Positions 28,445 through 37,742 of a stretch of DNA of 42,823 nt are shown here, one piece after another. Under the pieces are notes generated by a model. The model saw nothing but the letters and a program-made list of their open reading frames with translations. It did no database searches and had not been told where the DNA came from. Origin of the DNA: Candidatus Krumholzibacteriota bacterium (lineage in GTDB: Bacteria > Krumholzibacteriota > Krumholzibacteriia > LZORAL124-64-63); NCBI GenBank assembly GCA_039714075.1, contig JBDLKA010000022.1, forward strand, positions 1 to 42,823, given 5' to 3'. Position 1 is the stretch's first letter. Every line of letters starts with the position of its first letter. Both the position numbers and the translations under genes were made by a program.

Positions 28445-28485
28445 AGCGGGGATCAAGTTGATGTTGCACCACCCTGTTTCAATGA

Positions 28486-28514
28486 ATCCTATCATATGGA
28501 AAGAGGAATGTCAC
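28486..28514 (-). promoter_or_regulatory. Putative sigma70-type promoter for the lamin-tail-like gene
   Basis: Minus strand GTGACA, 17 nt, TAGGAT, with extended -10 TG; same layout as 24783-24811. Confidence 0.6.
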
Positions 28515-28605
28515 CCTTTGGTATGAAAAATATCGTTTATTACAAAATTTTTACATTTTATCTCAGGATTTAGACTTATAAGGATATTTCGAGGGTGAAC
28601 TATCA

Positions 28606-29451
28606 CTATCCCTTGACACTTCCCAAAGTCAGCCCCGAAACCAGATATCTGTTCAACACCAGGAACAGAATAACCACGGGTACGCACACCAGAAGCGACC
28701 CGGCGGCATAGTTGGCCCACTCGGTCTGGTAGGTGGTGAACAATGATTCCAGACCCAGGGGCAGCGTCATGAGTTCCTTGCTGGCCAGCATCACCCTGGC
28801 GACCATGAATTCACTCCACCCGGTCATGAAGGAAAAAAGCGCCGTGATCACCAGGGCCGGAGTACTCAACGGAAGGGTCACGCGGAAATAGGCCTGGAAG
28901 GGGGAACAGCCGTCGATCAGGGCGGCTTCGTTCAGAGCGACGGGAATGGTGTCGTAGTAGCCCTTCATGGTCCAGACGCAGAAGGGCAGCGCGGTGGCTA
29001 CGTATGCGACCATCACTCCGCCCAGGGTGTCGACCAGGTGCAGTTTGCGCATCATCAAATACAGGGGCAGCAGCAGCATGGTGGCGGGAAACATCTGGGT
29101 CATGAGGATGCCCTGCAAAGCCGCGCCGCGGCCGGTGAAGCGGTAGCGCGACAAAGCGAACCCCCCGAGGCTGGCCAGGGCCACGCCGATCAGGGCCGTC
29201 CCCAGCGACACGATCAGCGAGTTCCGCAGCCACAGGAAAAACGGTTTTTCGGTGAACATGATCCGGTAGGCATCGAAGGTGTGATTGTCCGGAATGAGTT
29301 TCAGATCGGTGCTGTAGAGCTGGTCCCCCGGGCGCAGGCTGATGCCCACGATCTGCAGGATGGGGAAAATGGAAAACAGCACGAACAACCAAACCAGCGC
29401 GTGCACCCACACGTGATTCCAGACACGGCCTGCCGTCAACCTCCGGGCCAT
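28606..29451 (-). CDS. Carbohydrate ABC transporter permease (MalG-like)
   Basis: Real start MARRLTAG at 29451 (TGATG overlap); WLRNSL, TQMFP, MKGYYDTIP..LNEAALIDG (EAA loop), SGLTLGSVKG. Confidence 0.92.
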   Translation of the reverse strand: MARRLTAGRVWNHVWVHALVWLFVLFSIFPILQIVGISLRPGDQLYSTDLKLIPDNHTFDAYRIMFTEKPFFLWLRNSLIVSLGTALIGVALASLGGFALSRYRFTGRGAALQGILMTQMFPATMLLLPLYLMMRKLHLVDTLGGVMVAYVATALPFCVWTMKGYYDTIPVALNEAALIDGCSPFQAYFRVTLPLSTPALVITALFSFMTGWSEFMVARVMLASKELMTLPLGLESLFTTYQTEWANYAAGSLLVCVPVVILFLVLNRYLVSGLTLGSVKG

Positions 29452-30329
29452 CAGTACGCCTCCTCGCGGGCCGCGCGGTTGTAGCCCTTCACGATGAACA
29501 CCAGGACCAGGAAGATGAACACGCTGAAGGCGGCCGCGTAACCGTAGCGGTAGTACTGGAAGGCCGCCTTGTAGACATAGGTGACCAGGATATGCGTCTT
29601 GTCCGCGGGCAGGCCCTGGTCGGTGACCAGCCAGATCACGTTCAGGTTGTTGAAGGTCCAGATCGTGCCCAGCACCAACGCCGGCAGCAGCACCGGTTTG
29701 AGCATGGGCAGGGTGATGCTGAAGAACCGGCGCACCGGCCCCGCGCCGTCGATGCGGGCGGCCTCGTACAGTTCCTGCGGAATACTCTGGAGCCCGCCCA
29801 GGGCTATCACCATGATGAACGGGAACCCGAGCCAGATGTTCGTGATCACCGGCGCCATGAAGGCCCAGAATTCGCTGGTGAACCAGGGCACGGCCTCGAT
29901 GCCGATCTTGCCCAGCATCAGGTTGACGGCCCCGTACTCCACGTTGAACATGCCGCGCCAGGTCAGCGCCGAGATGTACTGCGGCATGGCCCAGGGCAGG
30001 ATCAGCAGCGCGCGATAGATGTTGCGGCCGGGCAGCCTGCGGTTCAGCAGCAGGGCCGCCCCCAGTCCCAGCGTGAAATGGAACACCAGGTTGACGGCCG
30101 TCCAGGCGATGGTCTTGCCGAAGATGCGGTAGAAATCCTCTTCGCCGAACAGCCGGAAATAATGGGTCAGGCCGATCAGTTCCGGATTGCGGAAGTGGAA
30201 CATGTTCCAGTTGGTCAGGGATATGTAGACGTTGAAGAAGAAGGGATACGCCACCACGCCCAGCAACACCAGTGCGCTGGGCAGCAGGAACCAGAAAGCC
30301 AGACGGTTTTCGGTCCGGCCCGCGCTCAT
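29451..30329 (-). CDS. Carbohydrate ABC transporter permease (MalF-like)
   Basis: YRALLILPWAMP, NIWLGFPF, LQSIPQELYEAARIDGA, TFNNLNVI. Confidence 0.92.
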   Translation of the reverse strand: MSAGRTENRLAFWFLLPSALVLLGVVAYPFFFNVYISLTNWNMFHFRNPELIGLTHYFRLFGEEDFYRIFGKTIAWTAVNLVFHFTLGLGAALLLNRRLPGRNIYRALLILPWAMPQYISALTWRGMFNVEYGAVNLMLGKIGIEAVPWFTSEFWAFMAPVITNIWLGFPFIMVIALGGLQSIPQELYEAARIDGAGPVRRFFSITLPMLKPVLLPALVLGTIWTFNNLNVIWLVTDQGLPADKTHILVTYVYKAAFQYYRYGYAAAFSVFIFLVLVFIVKGYNRAAREEAY

Positions 30330-31591
30330 TCACGCATCCTTTCGATCTCGGTGGTGGCTTTGATCTGCATGGCCCGGGCAGCGTCCTCGGGGCTGAGTTC
30401 CCCGTTCATCACGCTCTGGTAGCTGGGGCGCATGGCGTCCCATACGGCGCGCATCTCCGGAACGATGGGCATGACGCGGCCCTTGGCGATCTGCTCGCGG
30501 CTGGCCAATAAAAACGGGTCATTCTGGATCTCTTCGACCTGCCCGGCGGCCCGATCCCCCGGCTGTACGCTCAGACCCTTGGCCAAGGCGATCTGAACCT
30601 CGGTTCCGGTCAGCCACTTCAGTAGTGCGGCCGTGCATCCACTGGTGGCCGGATCCATGTAACGATTTATGGAATAACACTTTGCAGACACCGCCGGTGT
30701 CGGCCACAAACCCGTGGCGGAAACTTTGGGAATGCTGGCCAACTGGATGTCGATCCCCGCGTCGCGGTAGCCTTCCCAGGACCAGGGCCCGTTGATGATA
30801 TAGGCCGCGCGGCCCTCCTTGAAAATGGTGTCGGCCAGAGGGTAATCGCATTCCAGGGGCACGACCTTCGCCTGTTTCAATCCGCTCAGGAAATCGAGGG
30901 CCCCCACCATGGCCGGCGTATCCAGGGTAGGCCAGGATTCATCGTCCATGACCCAACCGCCGAAGCCTCCCAGCCAGGGTACCAGCCAGAAGGGTTCCAG
31001 AAGGTTGAACACCAATCCGTATTGATCCGGCTTGCCGTTGCCGTCGGTGTCCACGGTAAGTTCCTGGAGCTGACGGAACCAGGCGTCCGTGTCCGTGGGG
31101 ATGCTATCAACCAGGGCCATGTTGCCAACCAGGGTCAGGTGATTGCCCACGTGATCGGGCAGGCCGTAGACATGGCCATTCAATACAGGAAGTGATTCGG
31201 GCTGGAACCGGTCGATTTCCTCCTGGGGAAGCAATTCCTCCACGGGCATGAGAAGACCCATGACGGACCAGGGCCCCAGCTTGTCGGACGGCCCGTACAC
31301 CAGATTGGGTCCCCCGTAGGCCAGGGCGGCGGTCTGGAACTGGGTCTGGAGGTCTTCGGTGCGGTAATGGACCCGCTCTATATTAAAGGATGCGAATTCG
31401 GGGTGGTCCCGGCGGAACTGCTCGACGTGCAGGTCGAACAGTTCCTGCTCCTTGGGATCCATCTGTTCCCAGACGATGACGCTGCGGCTGCGGTCCACAC
31501 GGCCGCAGGACAGCAAGCCGGGGATGAGACCCAGAACGATGAAAATGAAAACCGTATTACGAATGAATTTTTGGTCCCGCAGTTTTTTCAT
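30326..31591 (-). CDS. Sugar ABC transporter substrate-binding lipoprotein (maltose/maltodextrin MalE-like)
   Basis: Lipobox LLS-C; GPNLVYGPSD, FKEGRAAYIINGPWSW, MPIVPEMRAVW (MalE-like); start probably ATG 31591. Confidence 0.87.
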   Translation of the reverse strand: MKKLRDQKFIRNTVFIFIVLGLIPGLLSCGRVDRSRSVIVWEQMDPKEQELFDLHVEQFRRDHPEFASFNIERVHYRTEDLQTQFQTAALAYGGPNLVYGPSDKLGPWSVMGLLMPVEELLPQEEIDRFQPESLPVLNGHVYGLPDHVGNHLTLVGNMALVDSIPTDTDAWFRQLQELTVDTDGNGKPDQYGLVFNLLEPFWLVPWLGGFGGWVMDDESWPTLDTPAMVGALDFLSGLKQAKVVPLECDYPLADTIFKEGRAAYIINGPWSWEGYRDAGIDIQLASIPKVSATGLWPTPAVSAKCYSINRYMDPATSGCTAALLKWLTGTEVQIALAKGLSVQPGDRAAGQVEEIQNDPFLLASREQIAKGRVMPIVPEMRAVWDAMRPSYQSVMNGELSPEDAARAMQIKATTEIERMRE

Positions 31592-31715
31592 GGCCGGGAC
31601 CATACACCGATTTCCAGGTTGAAACAACATTTCACCAATTCCCCCTGTTAAAAAAGAGGATTTCAGTGGAATTCGATTGAATCAGCGGTCTCCGATGCGG
31701 TAGATTCCCCCAACT

Positions 31716-34700
31716 ATGAAAATCGTTCCACGCCTCTCTCACGTCCGCGCTTTTCATCTTCCGGTCGTGATCATTATTCTGCTGCTGGCCGCACTCGCGG
31801 TGGCCGCTCCTTTCCATCATCCCACCATTGACGGGACCATCACGGCTGACGGGACCGATTGGGATCCCGCAGACCTGGTTGTCGATGACAGTGGGGATGA
31901 CGATCTGACGCGTTCCTCCAACGTTCGTCGGCTGTGGTGCACCTGGGACCAGGACAGCCTCTATGTGGCGGTCACCTACCAGGATCTGGGAGCCAATGAG
32001 GCCCTGTCGGTTTTTCTGGATCTGGATCGGGGCGTCGGTCCCGACAACGCCGGCATCCTCGACAATTTCCCGGGCAACTTCCTGATGCCCGAGGGGCATC
32101 GCTTCGAGCTGGTCCTGGGACGGCTGCCCTCCGAGGGCCTTGGCGGTAATCCACCCCTGAGCCGGCTGGTCACCGACGACAACGGCACGACCGTCAGCCT
32201 GGCCTCGCAAGTCAGCGCCGCCCAGGGAATGAGTTCGGAGACCAAAACCGCCGCCGGGGAGAACGCGCGCCTTCAGTTCTGGCTCAATGCGGAGATCGCC
32301 CTGCCCTGGTCCGCCATCTATCCCGACCAGGGAACCACGGTACCTCCCCATGCCATCATCAAGGCCGTGGCAGTGTCAACCGTCGCTCACGCCGACAGCA
32401 ACGGCATAGATAGCGCCCCCGACAACGAGGGGCTGGACCGCAGCGGGCCGGACCCTGTGCTGCTGGCGAACATGGCCCCCTCGGTGATCGACGCCGACGG
32501 GGACGGCCAGCCGGACCCGGCCGACGCCACCATCAGCGGAACCGTGACCCTGCCCCAGGATCCCGGTTCGACCACGGTGACGGTGCAGGCGGAACTCATC
32601 GATTTCGCGGGGAACCGGGATCCCGGCGCACCCCTGTCTGTCGTCACGACCGGGGAAGGCATTCGCACCTGGACCCTGGCCCGGTTGCCGGCGGGCACCT
32701 ACCGGATAACCACCAGTTCCCTCGGCTATTTTCAAGACCAAACCACCGTCCAGGTCACGCAGAGCCAAGTGGTCACCGGCATCGACCGTGGATTGATTAA
32801 AGCCACGACAATCAGCGGTTTCATCGGTTTCGAGTCCGGCCCCGGCGGAAAGGGGACCGTGACCCTGGAGAAAGCCGACGGCACACATGTGGAAACCCAG
32901 GAGTTCGACTTCAGCCAGACGGGAGAAAGCTACACCTTCTTTCCGGATGAAGGCGGAGACTTCGTCGTCAGGGTCGATGTCGAGACCTACATGCCGGACG
33001 AAGCCGTGGTGTCCGTCGCCACGGGCGAGGAACAGGCCAACGTCGACTTCACAATGGTCCGCCAGACCGAAATCAGCGGCGCCGTATCCTTCCTGGAGGG
33101 TCCGGGCCAACCGGGAACCATCTACTTCCTGGACAGTGAAGGCAACGAGTTGGACTTCGTGGGCTTCCCCCTCAACGGCGGCCCCTTCCAGTTCTTCACC
33201 CCCGTCGGCGGCAGCTTCACCCTGTCAGCCAACACCAACGCCGGCGAGGTCATCGGGATTTACGCCCCCCTCGCAATGGATGTCGATGTCACGCTGGGCC
33301 AGGACATCACCGGCCTCGCCGTGGAAATGAGTCTGGCTGCCTTCGTGACCGCATCAATCTCCTTCGAAGGCCCGCCCGCCGAGGGTCGTCTGACCCTCAC
33401 CGACAACAACACCGGCGTGGTCATGCTGGACGGAGCGATCAACCCCGTGGAAGGGGACAGTGCCAGCATCTATCTCGGGCCCAGTGAATACCGGCTCGAT
33501 CTGGAAGCCCTCGGGTACTCTCCCCGGACCATCGTCTTCAACGTCACCGAGGCGGACACCTCTCTCGGAGTCCTGCTGCTTTCCGCGGTGCGGGCGACCC
33601 ATCTGGAAATCATCAACGACGACGGTGAAACCCAGCCCGAGATCCGAGCCACGGCCTACGACCCGGCCGACGATCCCTGGACCAGCAGCCGGGTCCTGCT
33701 GGCCGCCCGGGATGACGAGGGCCGTGACGACCTTTACGACCTGGACGGCAGCCTCCAGGGTTTCCGTCTGTCCGCCCTCAAGATGGACGACCTCTCCCCC
33801 CCCAACGGGAATCCCGTATTCTACCCGACCGACCAGGAAGCCCCGGTCGACAGCGTGGTGAGTTTCGTTGATGGGCGCGCCGAATTCTGGATGAGCGACA
33901 CCGCCGTCGAGGTCCTGCGGGTGTATCTGGCCCAGCCGAACAAGGCGCCTATTGCCGGGCGCATCGTAGTGGCTTTCCTTGATCCGGAACCCCGGACCGT
34001 TCTTTTGACGGCCGACCGGGACACCCTGGTCGCCGACGACATGGAAACCATCACCGTCACCGCCCAACTCTTCGACACGGCCGAAAATCTCAGTCTCATC
34101 CCGGATATCCCGGTGACCTTCTCGGTGGCTTCGGGAAGTTCGGGCAAAGGCCAGTTCGTCATTCCCACCGTTCTGACAAATGCCGAGGGGACAGCCTCCG
34201 CCTCCATTTCCGCCACCGGCGCCGGCCTTTTGCAGATCACCGCCACGGTGGTCATCAACAACCGGGTCCTTGATGTCGTGGCCTATGATCTGGATAGCGG
34301 AGAAACCGTTCTGCCTCTCTACTCGGTGGCAGGTCCGACTTCGGGCTGGAAATTGTCCCTGCCCAGTAATCTGAGCGATCTCGTGACCCCCGTCGCGGTG
34401 AATGCCCAGACCGTGGACGATTTCGGCAATCCCACAGCGGACCAGGGACGCACCATCTCGTTATCCGCTGACCCGGCCGGCCTGGGAACTTTCGACCCAA
34501 TCATCGCCACTTCCAATGAGTTCGGACGGGCGTCCAGCACCTATACCCCCTCCGGAACAGCCGGACTTGTCTTCATCACCGGGACCAGCGGCGACCTCGC
34601 CGGTGCCGAAACAGGCCTGCGCCTGCGGGACCTGGTCGTGATCCCCGACCCGGTCTGGTACGAAGAGCCCCTGACCCGGCAGACTTTCGACAAGACCGAC

Positions 34701-37700
34701 CTGACCGCCCTGGTCGTCGCCAACACTCCCGACGAACTTCTCCTGGAGATCCCTTTCCAGTCCGACTGGAACGGCCTCCAACTGCACATTGCCTTCGAAA
34801 CCAATTCCGATGCCGCGGGCGCTTCAGGGGACCCCTTCGGAATGCCGGTCAACTACGGGCACGCCTTGAAACCGGACTATGTCCTGACAACCAAGTACTC
34901 GGCCAATGACTACGGGGACTTCCGTCGCTGGAACACCGGTTCTTCGAGCTGGGATTTCTGGAATCCGACCACCGGCGGCTACGAGGGCAGCGGCAACATC
35001 CAGGGTGAATGGGTGACCAAGGAGGCCGACCGCGTCCTCATCCGGATTCCCAAGGAACCCTTTGGCGGCACCTTCCCGCCCACCATTCTGCTGGAAGCCT
35101 ATCTGACCCAGGAGGACGGGGAAAAGCGTTCGGCCTTCGATTCGGCCCCCCAGGATTCAACCCTGAACCTGACTTTCGACTACGAGGATCCCCAGCCGGG
35201 CGACTGGGATTCGACCAAGGGCCCGGTCACTCTTGAAGCATGGGGGCGCGAATATGTGGTCCGGACCGACTTTCCTGTTCCTCCGGCGGTGGAAAACGTC
35301 AGCGTAACCCCTGCGGAAATGGATGCGGGTGCAACGCTGATCCTGGAGGCCTTGATCACCGAATCCGTCAACGGCATCGGGGATGTCGTGGCGGACCTGA
35401 GCGCCATGGGAGGCAGTTCGCTGGCCCGCATGTACGACGACGGGGATGCCGGGCACGGCGATTCGGTGGCCGGCGACGGGGTGTACAGCCTGCTGACCCT
35501 GGTGCCCATCTCGAACCCCGGCGGGGCCCAGGACCTGATCGTCAACGCCTTCGACGGTGAGAACATCTGGGCCAATACCGGTATCGCCACCATCAACGTG
35601 ACTGCCCTGGTCACGCCCATCATCGTGGCCACCGACCCGGTCGGCGACGACCATGGTCCGAACCAGCCGGGGGTCCGGCGGAAATTCTACACCTACCCCA
35701 CCAACATCGCCTTCGTGCAGGGTGGTTTCGACCTGACCGGGCTGACAGTTTTCGAAACCAAAGCCAACGTCGGCGGCGAGTTGATCGACATGATCGCCTT
35801 CCAGGTGTCGATGGGGGACTTCCCCGACCCGGCTGATCCGGGCACGGCCAACTGGAACCCGCTCTACGCGGACCTGAACATCACCAAGATCGATATCCTG
35901 ATCGATAACGCCCCCGGGGGCTCCATCTCCTCGCTGCCCTGGAGGCAGGCCGCCTTCCAGCCCTGGGACGCCTGGGACTGGGCCATCATCATGGACGGTT
36001 GGTACAAGGCCCTGATTCCTTCGCTGGGCCAGAACACGGTTGATTCCTGGCGCGACAACGCCCTGCGCAACGACAAGAATATTCTGCTCCTGAGCGATCC
36101 TGACCTGGATACGGTCACGGCGCTTGTTTCCAAGTCCGCCCTGGGCGACCCCACCCCCGAGGACATCGCCAAATGGGACATCGCCGTCTGCATGGCCAGT
36201 CATGATTTCGGAGGAGAAGAGGTCCTCGGGGGCGTCCGCTGGGTGGAGGAAGCCCGTAGCGAGTGGCAATTCGGGGGCGGTCAGAGCGGCGACCGTGACA
36301 GCAACTACATGGACCTGCTTCTGGTGGCCGGGGCCGGTACGGTGGCTGAACCGGAGGAATTCAAGACCCAGGAAGAAATCCTGGATTACGACTCGCCCGA
36401 CGCCTTGGCCCGTATGGAACGTGGAATGACCCCGGTGGCCATCGAGATGACCCCTTTCAAGGACAGCGGCCCTCCGGTCATCGATCCGGGCGGCGATGGT
36501 TCCGTCGTCACCAAAGTCGCCCCCATCCTGGACACCCCGTTGGCCATGGCGATCAACATCAGCGACGACAACCGGGTCGCCGAGGCCACCTTCCGGTATC
36601 GCTCCACCGGATTCGAAGAGGAAGGCTGGCAACGTGAAGTCCCCATGGGGTTCCTGGGCAGAGACGCCTGGGTTGTGGACATCCTGCCCAGTTGGCTCGA
36701 TTCAAACCTGGTCTACTCGCCCATCGACAGCACCCGGTACCTGGAATTCGAGGTCGAAGCCTCCGATCCGGGCGATCCGAACGCCGATCCGCCCGTGGCC
36801 CCCAAGACTTCAATCTCTCCGGTGACCACCCTTCAGATCGAAAAAAATGCCATCTGCCGCCCTCGTGACAGTGATTTGGACTTCGGGGATCTGCTGTTGA
36901 TTCAGGTCGAGGGCGCCCTGTTGAACGTGCCCGACAAGCTGCGCCGGGATCTGGTCCGCCGGCACATCGCCGAAGTCTGGACCGGTGGACAGGTCAACCC
37001 CGACACGATGGGCGCGGACATCGAACTTCAATGGGACGTGTGCAATATCGCGGAAGAGATCAGGAACGCCCCCAGAATTCCCGACGGTCGACCCATCGGT
37101 GTATTCAGGCAGGTATACATTGCCACTTCCGACACCCTGGGAGGCTACCTCGATTACGGAGGCCCGCTACCCGGCAACGCACAGCTTTCCCTGCACTACC
37201 CCCAGGAGTGGGTACCGGAGGGCATCGACGAAAACCTTATCGCCCTTTACCAGTACAACTCTGAATCGGACCGCTGGATCAAGGTCGGCGGAAACGTCAC
37301 CCCCACGGGCAACAACGTGACCGCGACCATCAACCAGGTGGGAACCTTCGGTCTTTTCGTGACCGAGGCCAACTCGCACGACTCCGGCGAGGTCATCTCG
37401 GGCATCACCATTTCGCCCAATCCCTTCTCCCCCAACGGGGACGGGCTCTATGACGACACCAACATCTCCTTCTTCCTGACCCAGGAGGCGACGATCACCG
37501 TCGAGGTCTACAACATCTACGGGGACCGCAAGAACATCCTGGCGCAGACCTTCCCCTTCTCCGGCAGCGATCTCACCGACCCCGTCCCCCGGCGCGTGCC
37601 GGGGTTGATCTGGGACGGCACCGAATCCAACGGGAAACCCGTCCCCTATGGAATCTATATTCTGAGGGTCCTGGCCACCTACAATTTCGGCGGAGGAACC

Positions 37701-37742
37701 CGGACCGTCCGCAGCAACCATCCCGTGGCGGTGATCAGATGA
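31716..37742 (+). CDS. 2008-aa secreted multidomain protein: DOMON-like modules, beta-sandwich/Ig repeats, choice-of-anchor-X-like motif, glucodextranase-C-like DOMON, FlgD-Ig/T9SS-like C-terminal domain
   Basis: Signal peptide; LWCTWDQDSLYVAV (DOMON-like); repeated ISG.V...G.Y beta-sandwiches; Big_1-like TNAEGTASA and SNEFGRASSTY; MYDDGDAGHGDSVAGDGVYS; DPVGDDHGP...YTYPTN...FDLT; C-terminal SPNPFSPNGDG...WDGT...GIYILRV...VAVIR. Confidence 0.8.
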   Translation: MKIVPRLSHVRAFHLPVVIIILLLAALAVAAPFHHPTIDGTITADGTDWDPADLVVDDSGDDDLTRSSNVRRLWCTWDQDSLYVAVTYQDLGANEALSVFLDLDRGVGPDNAGILDNFPGNFLMPEGHRFELVLGRLPSEGLGGNPPLSRLVTDDNGTTVSLASQVSAAQGMSSETKTAAGENARLQFWLNAEIALPWSAIYPDQGTTVPPHAIIKAVAVSTVAHADSNGIDSAPDNEGLDRSGPDPVLLANMAPSVIDADGDGQPDPADATISGTVTLPQDPGSTTVTVQAELIDFAGNRDPGAPLSVVTTGEGIRTWTLARLPAGTYRITTSSLGYFQDQTTVQVTQSQVVTGIDRGLIKATTISGFIGFESGPGGKGTVTLEKADGTHVETQEFDFSQTGESYTFFPDEGGDFVVRVDVETYMPDEAVVSVATGEEQANVDFTMVRQTEISGAVSFLEGPGQPGTIYFLDSEGNELDFVGFPLNGGPFQFFTPVGGSFTLSANTNAGEVIGIYAPLAMDVDVTLGQDITGLAVEMSLAAFVTASISFEGPPAEGRLTLTDNNTGVVMLDGAINPVEGDSASIYLGPSEYRLDLEALGYSPRTIVFNVTEADTSLGVLLLSAVRATHLEIINDDGETQPEIRATAYDPADDPWTSSRVLLAARDDEGRDDLYDLDGSLQGFRLSALKMDDLSPPNGNPVFYPTDQEAPVDSVVSFVDGRAEFWMSDTAVEVLRVYLAQPNKAPIAGRIVVAFLDPEPRTVLLTADRDTLVADDMETITVTAQLFDTAENLSLIPDIPVTFSVASGSSGKGQFVIPTVLTNAEGTASASISATGAGLLQITATVVINNRVLDVVAYDLDSGETVLPLYSVAGPTSGWKLSLPSNLSDLVTPVAVNAQTVDDFGNPTADQGRTISLSADPAGLGTFDPIIATSNEFGRASSTYTPSGTAGLVFITGTSGDLAGAETGLRLRDLVVIPDPVWYEEPLTRQTFDKTDLTALVVANTPDELLLEIPFQSDWNGLQLHIAFETNSDAAGASGDPFGMPVNYGHALKPDYVLTTKYSANDYGDFRRWNTGSSSWDFWNPTTGGYEGSGNIQGEWVTKEADRVLIRIPKEPFGGTFPPTILLEAYLTQEDGEKRSAFDSAPQDSTLNLTFDYEDPQPGDWDSTKGPVTLEAWGREYVVRTDFPVPPAVENVSVTPAEMDAGATLILEALITESVNGIGDVVADLSAMGGSSLARMYDDGDAGHGDSVAGDGVYSLLTLVPISNPGGAQDLIVNAFDGENIWANTGIATINVTALVTPIIVATDPVGDDHGPNQPGVRRKFYTYPTNIAFVQGGFDLTGLTVFETKANVGGELIDMIAFQVSMGDFPDPADPGTANWNPLYADLNITKIDILIDNAPGGSISSLPWRQAAFQPWDAWDWAIIMDGWYKALIPSLGQNTVDSWRDNALRNDKNILLLSDPDLDTVTALVSKSALGDPTPEDIAKWDIAVCMASHDFGGEEVLGGVRWVEEARSEWQFGGGQSGDRDSNYMDLLLVAGAGTVAEPEEFKTQEEILDYDSPDALARMERGMTPVAIEMTPFKDSGPPVIDPGGDGSVVTKVAPILDTPLAMAINISDDNRVAEATFRYRSTGFEEEGWQREVPMGFLGRDAWVVDILPSWLDSNLVYSPIDSTRYLEFEVEASDPGDPNADPPVAPKTSISPVTTLQIEKNAICRPRDSDLDFGDLLLIQVEGALLNVPDKLRRDLVRRHIAEVWTGGQVNPDTMGADIELQWDVCNIAEEIRNAPRIPDGRPIGVFRQVYIATSDTLGGYLDYGGPLPGNAQLSLHYPQEWVPEGIDENLIALYQYNSESDRWIKVGGNVTPTGNNVTATINQVGTFGLFVTEANSHDSGEVISGITISPNPFSPNGDGLYDDTNISFFLTQEATITVEVYNIYGDRKNILAQTFPFSGSDLTDPVPRRVPGLIWDGTESNGKPVPYGIYILRVLATYNFGGGTRTVRSNHPVAVIR

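Noticed and set aside
28606..30333. 575-aa ORF suggesting a long or fused permease
   Set aside because: Its N-terminal half is an alternative frame over the MalF-like gene; the real MalG-like start is ATG 29451 with a TGATG overlap.
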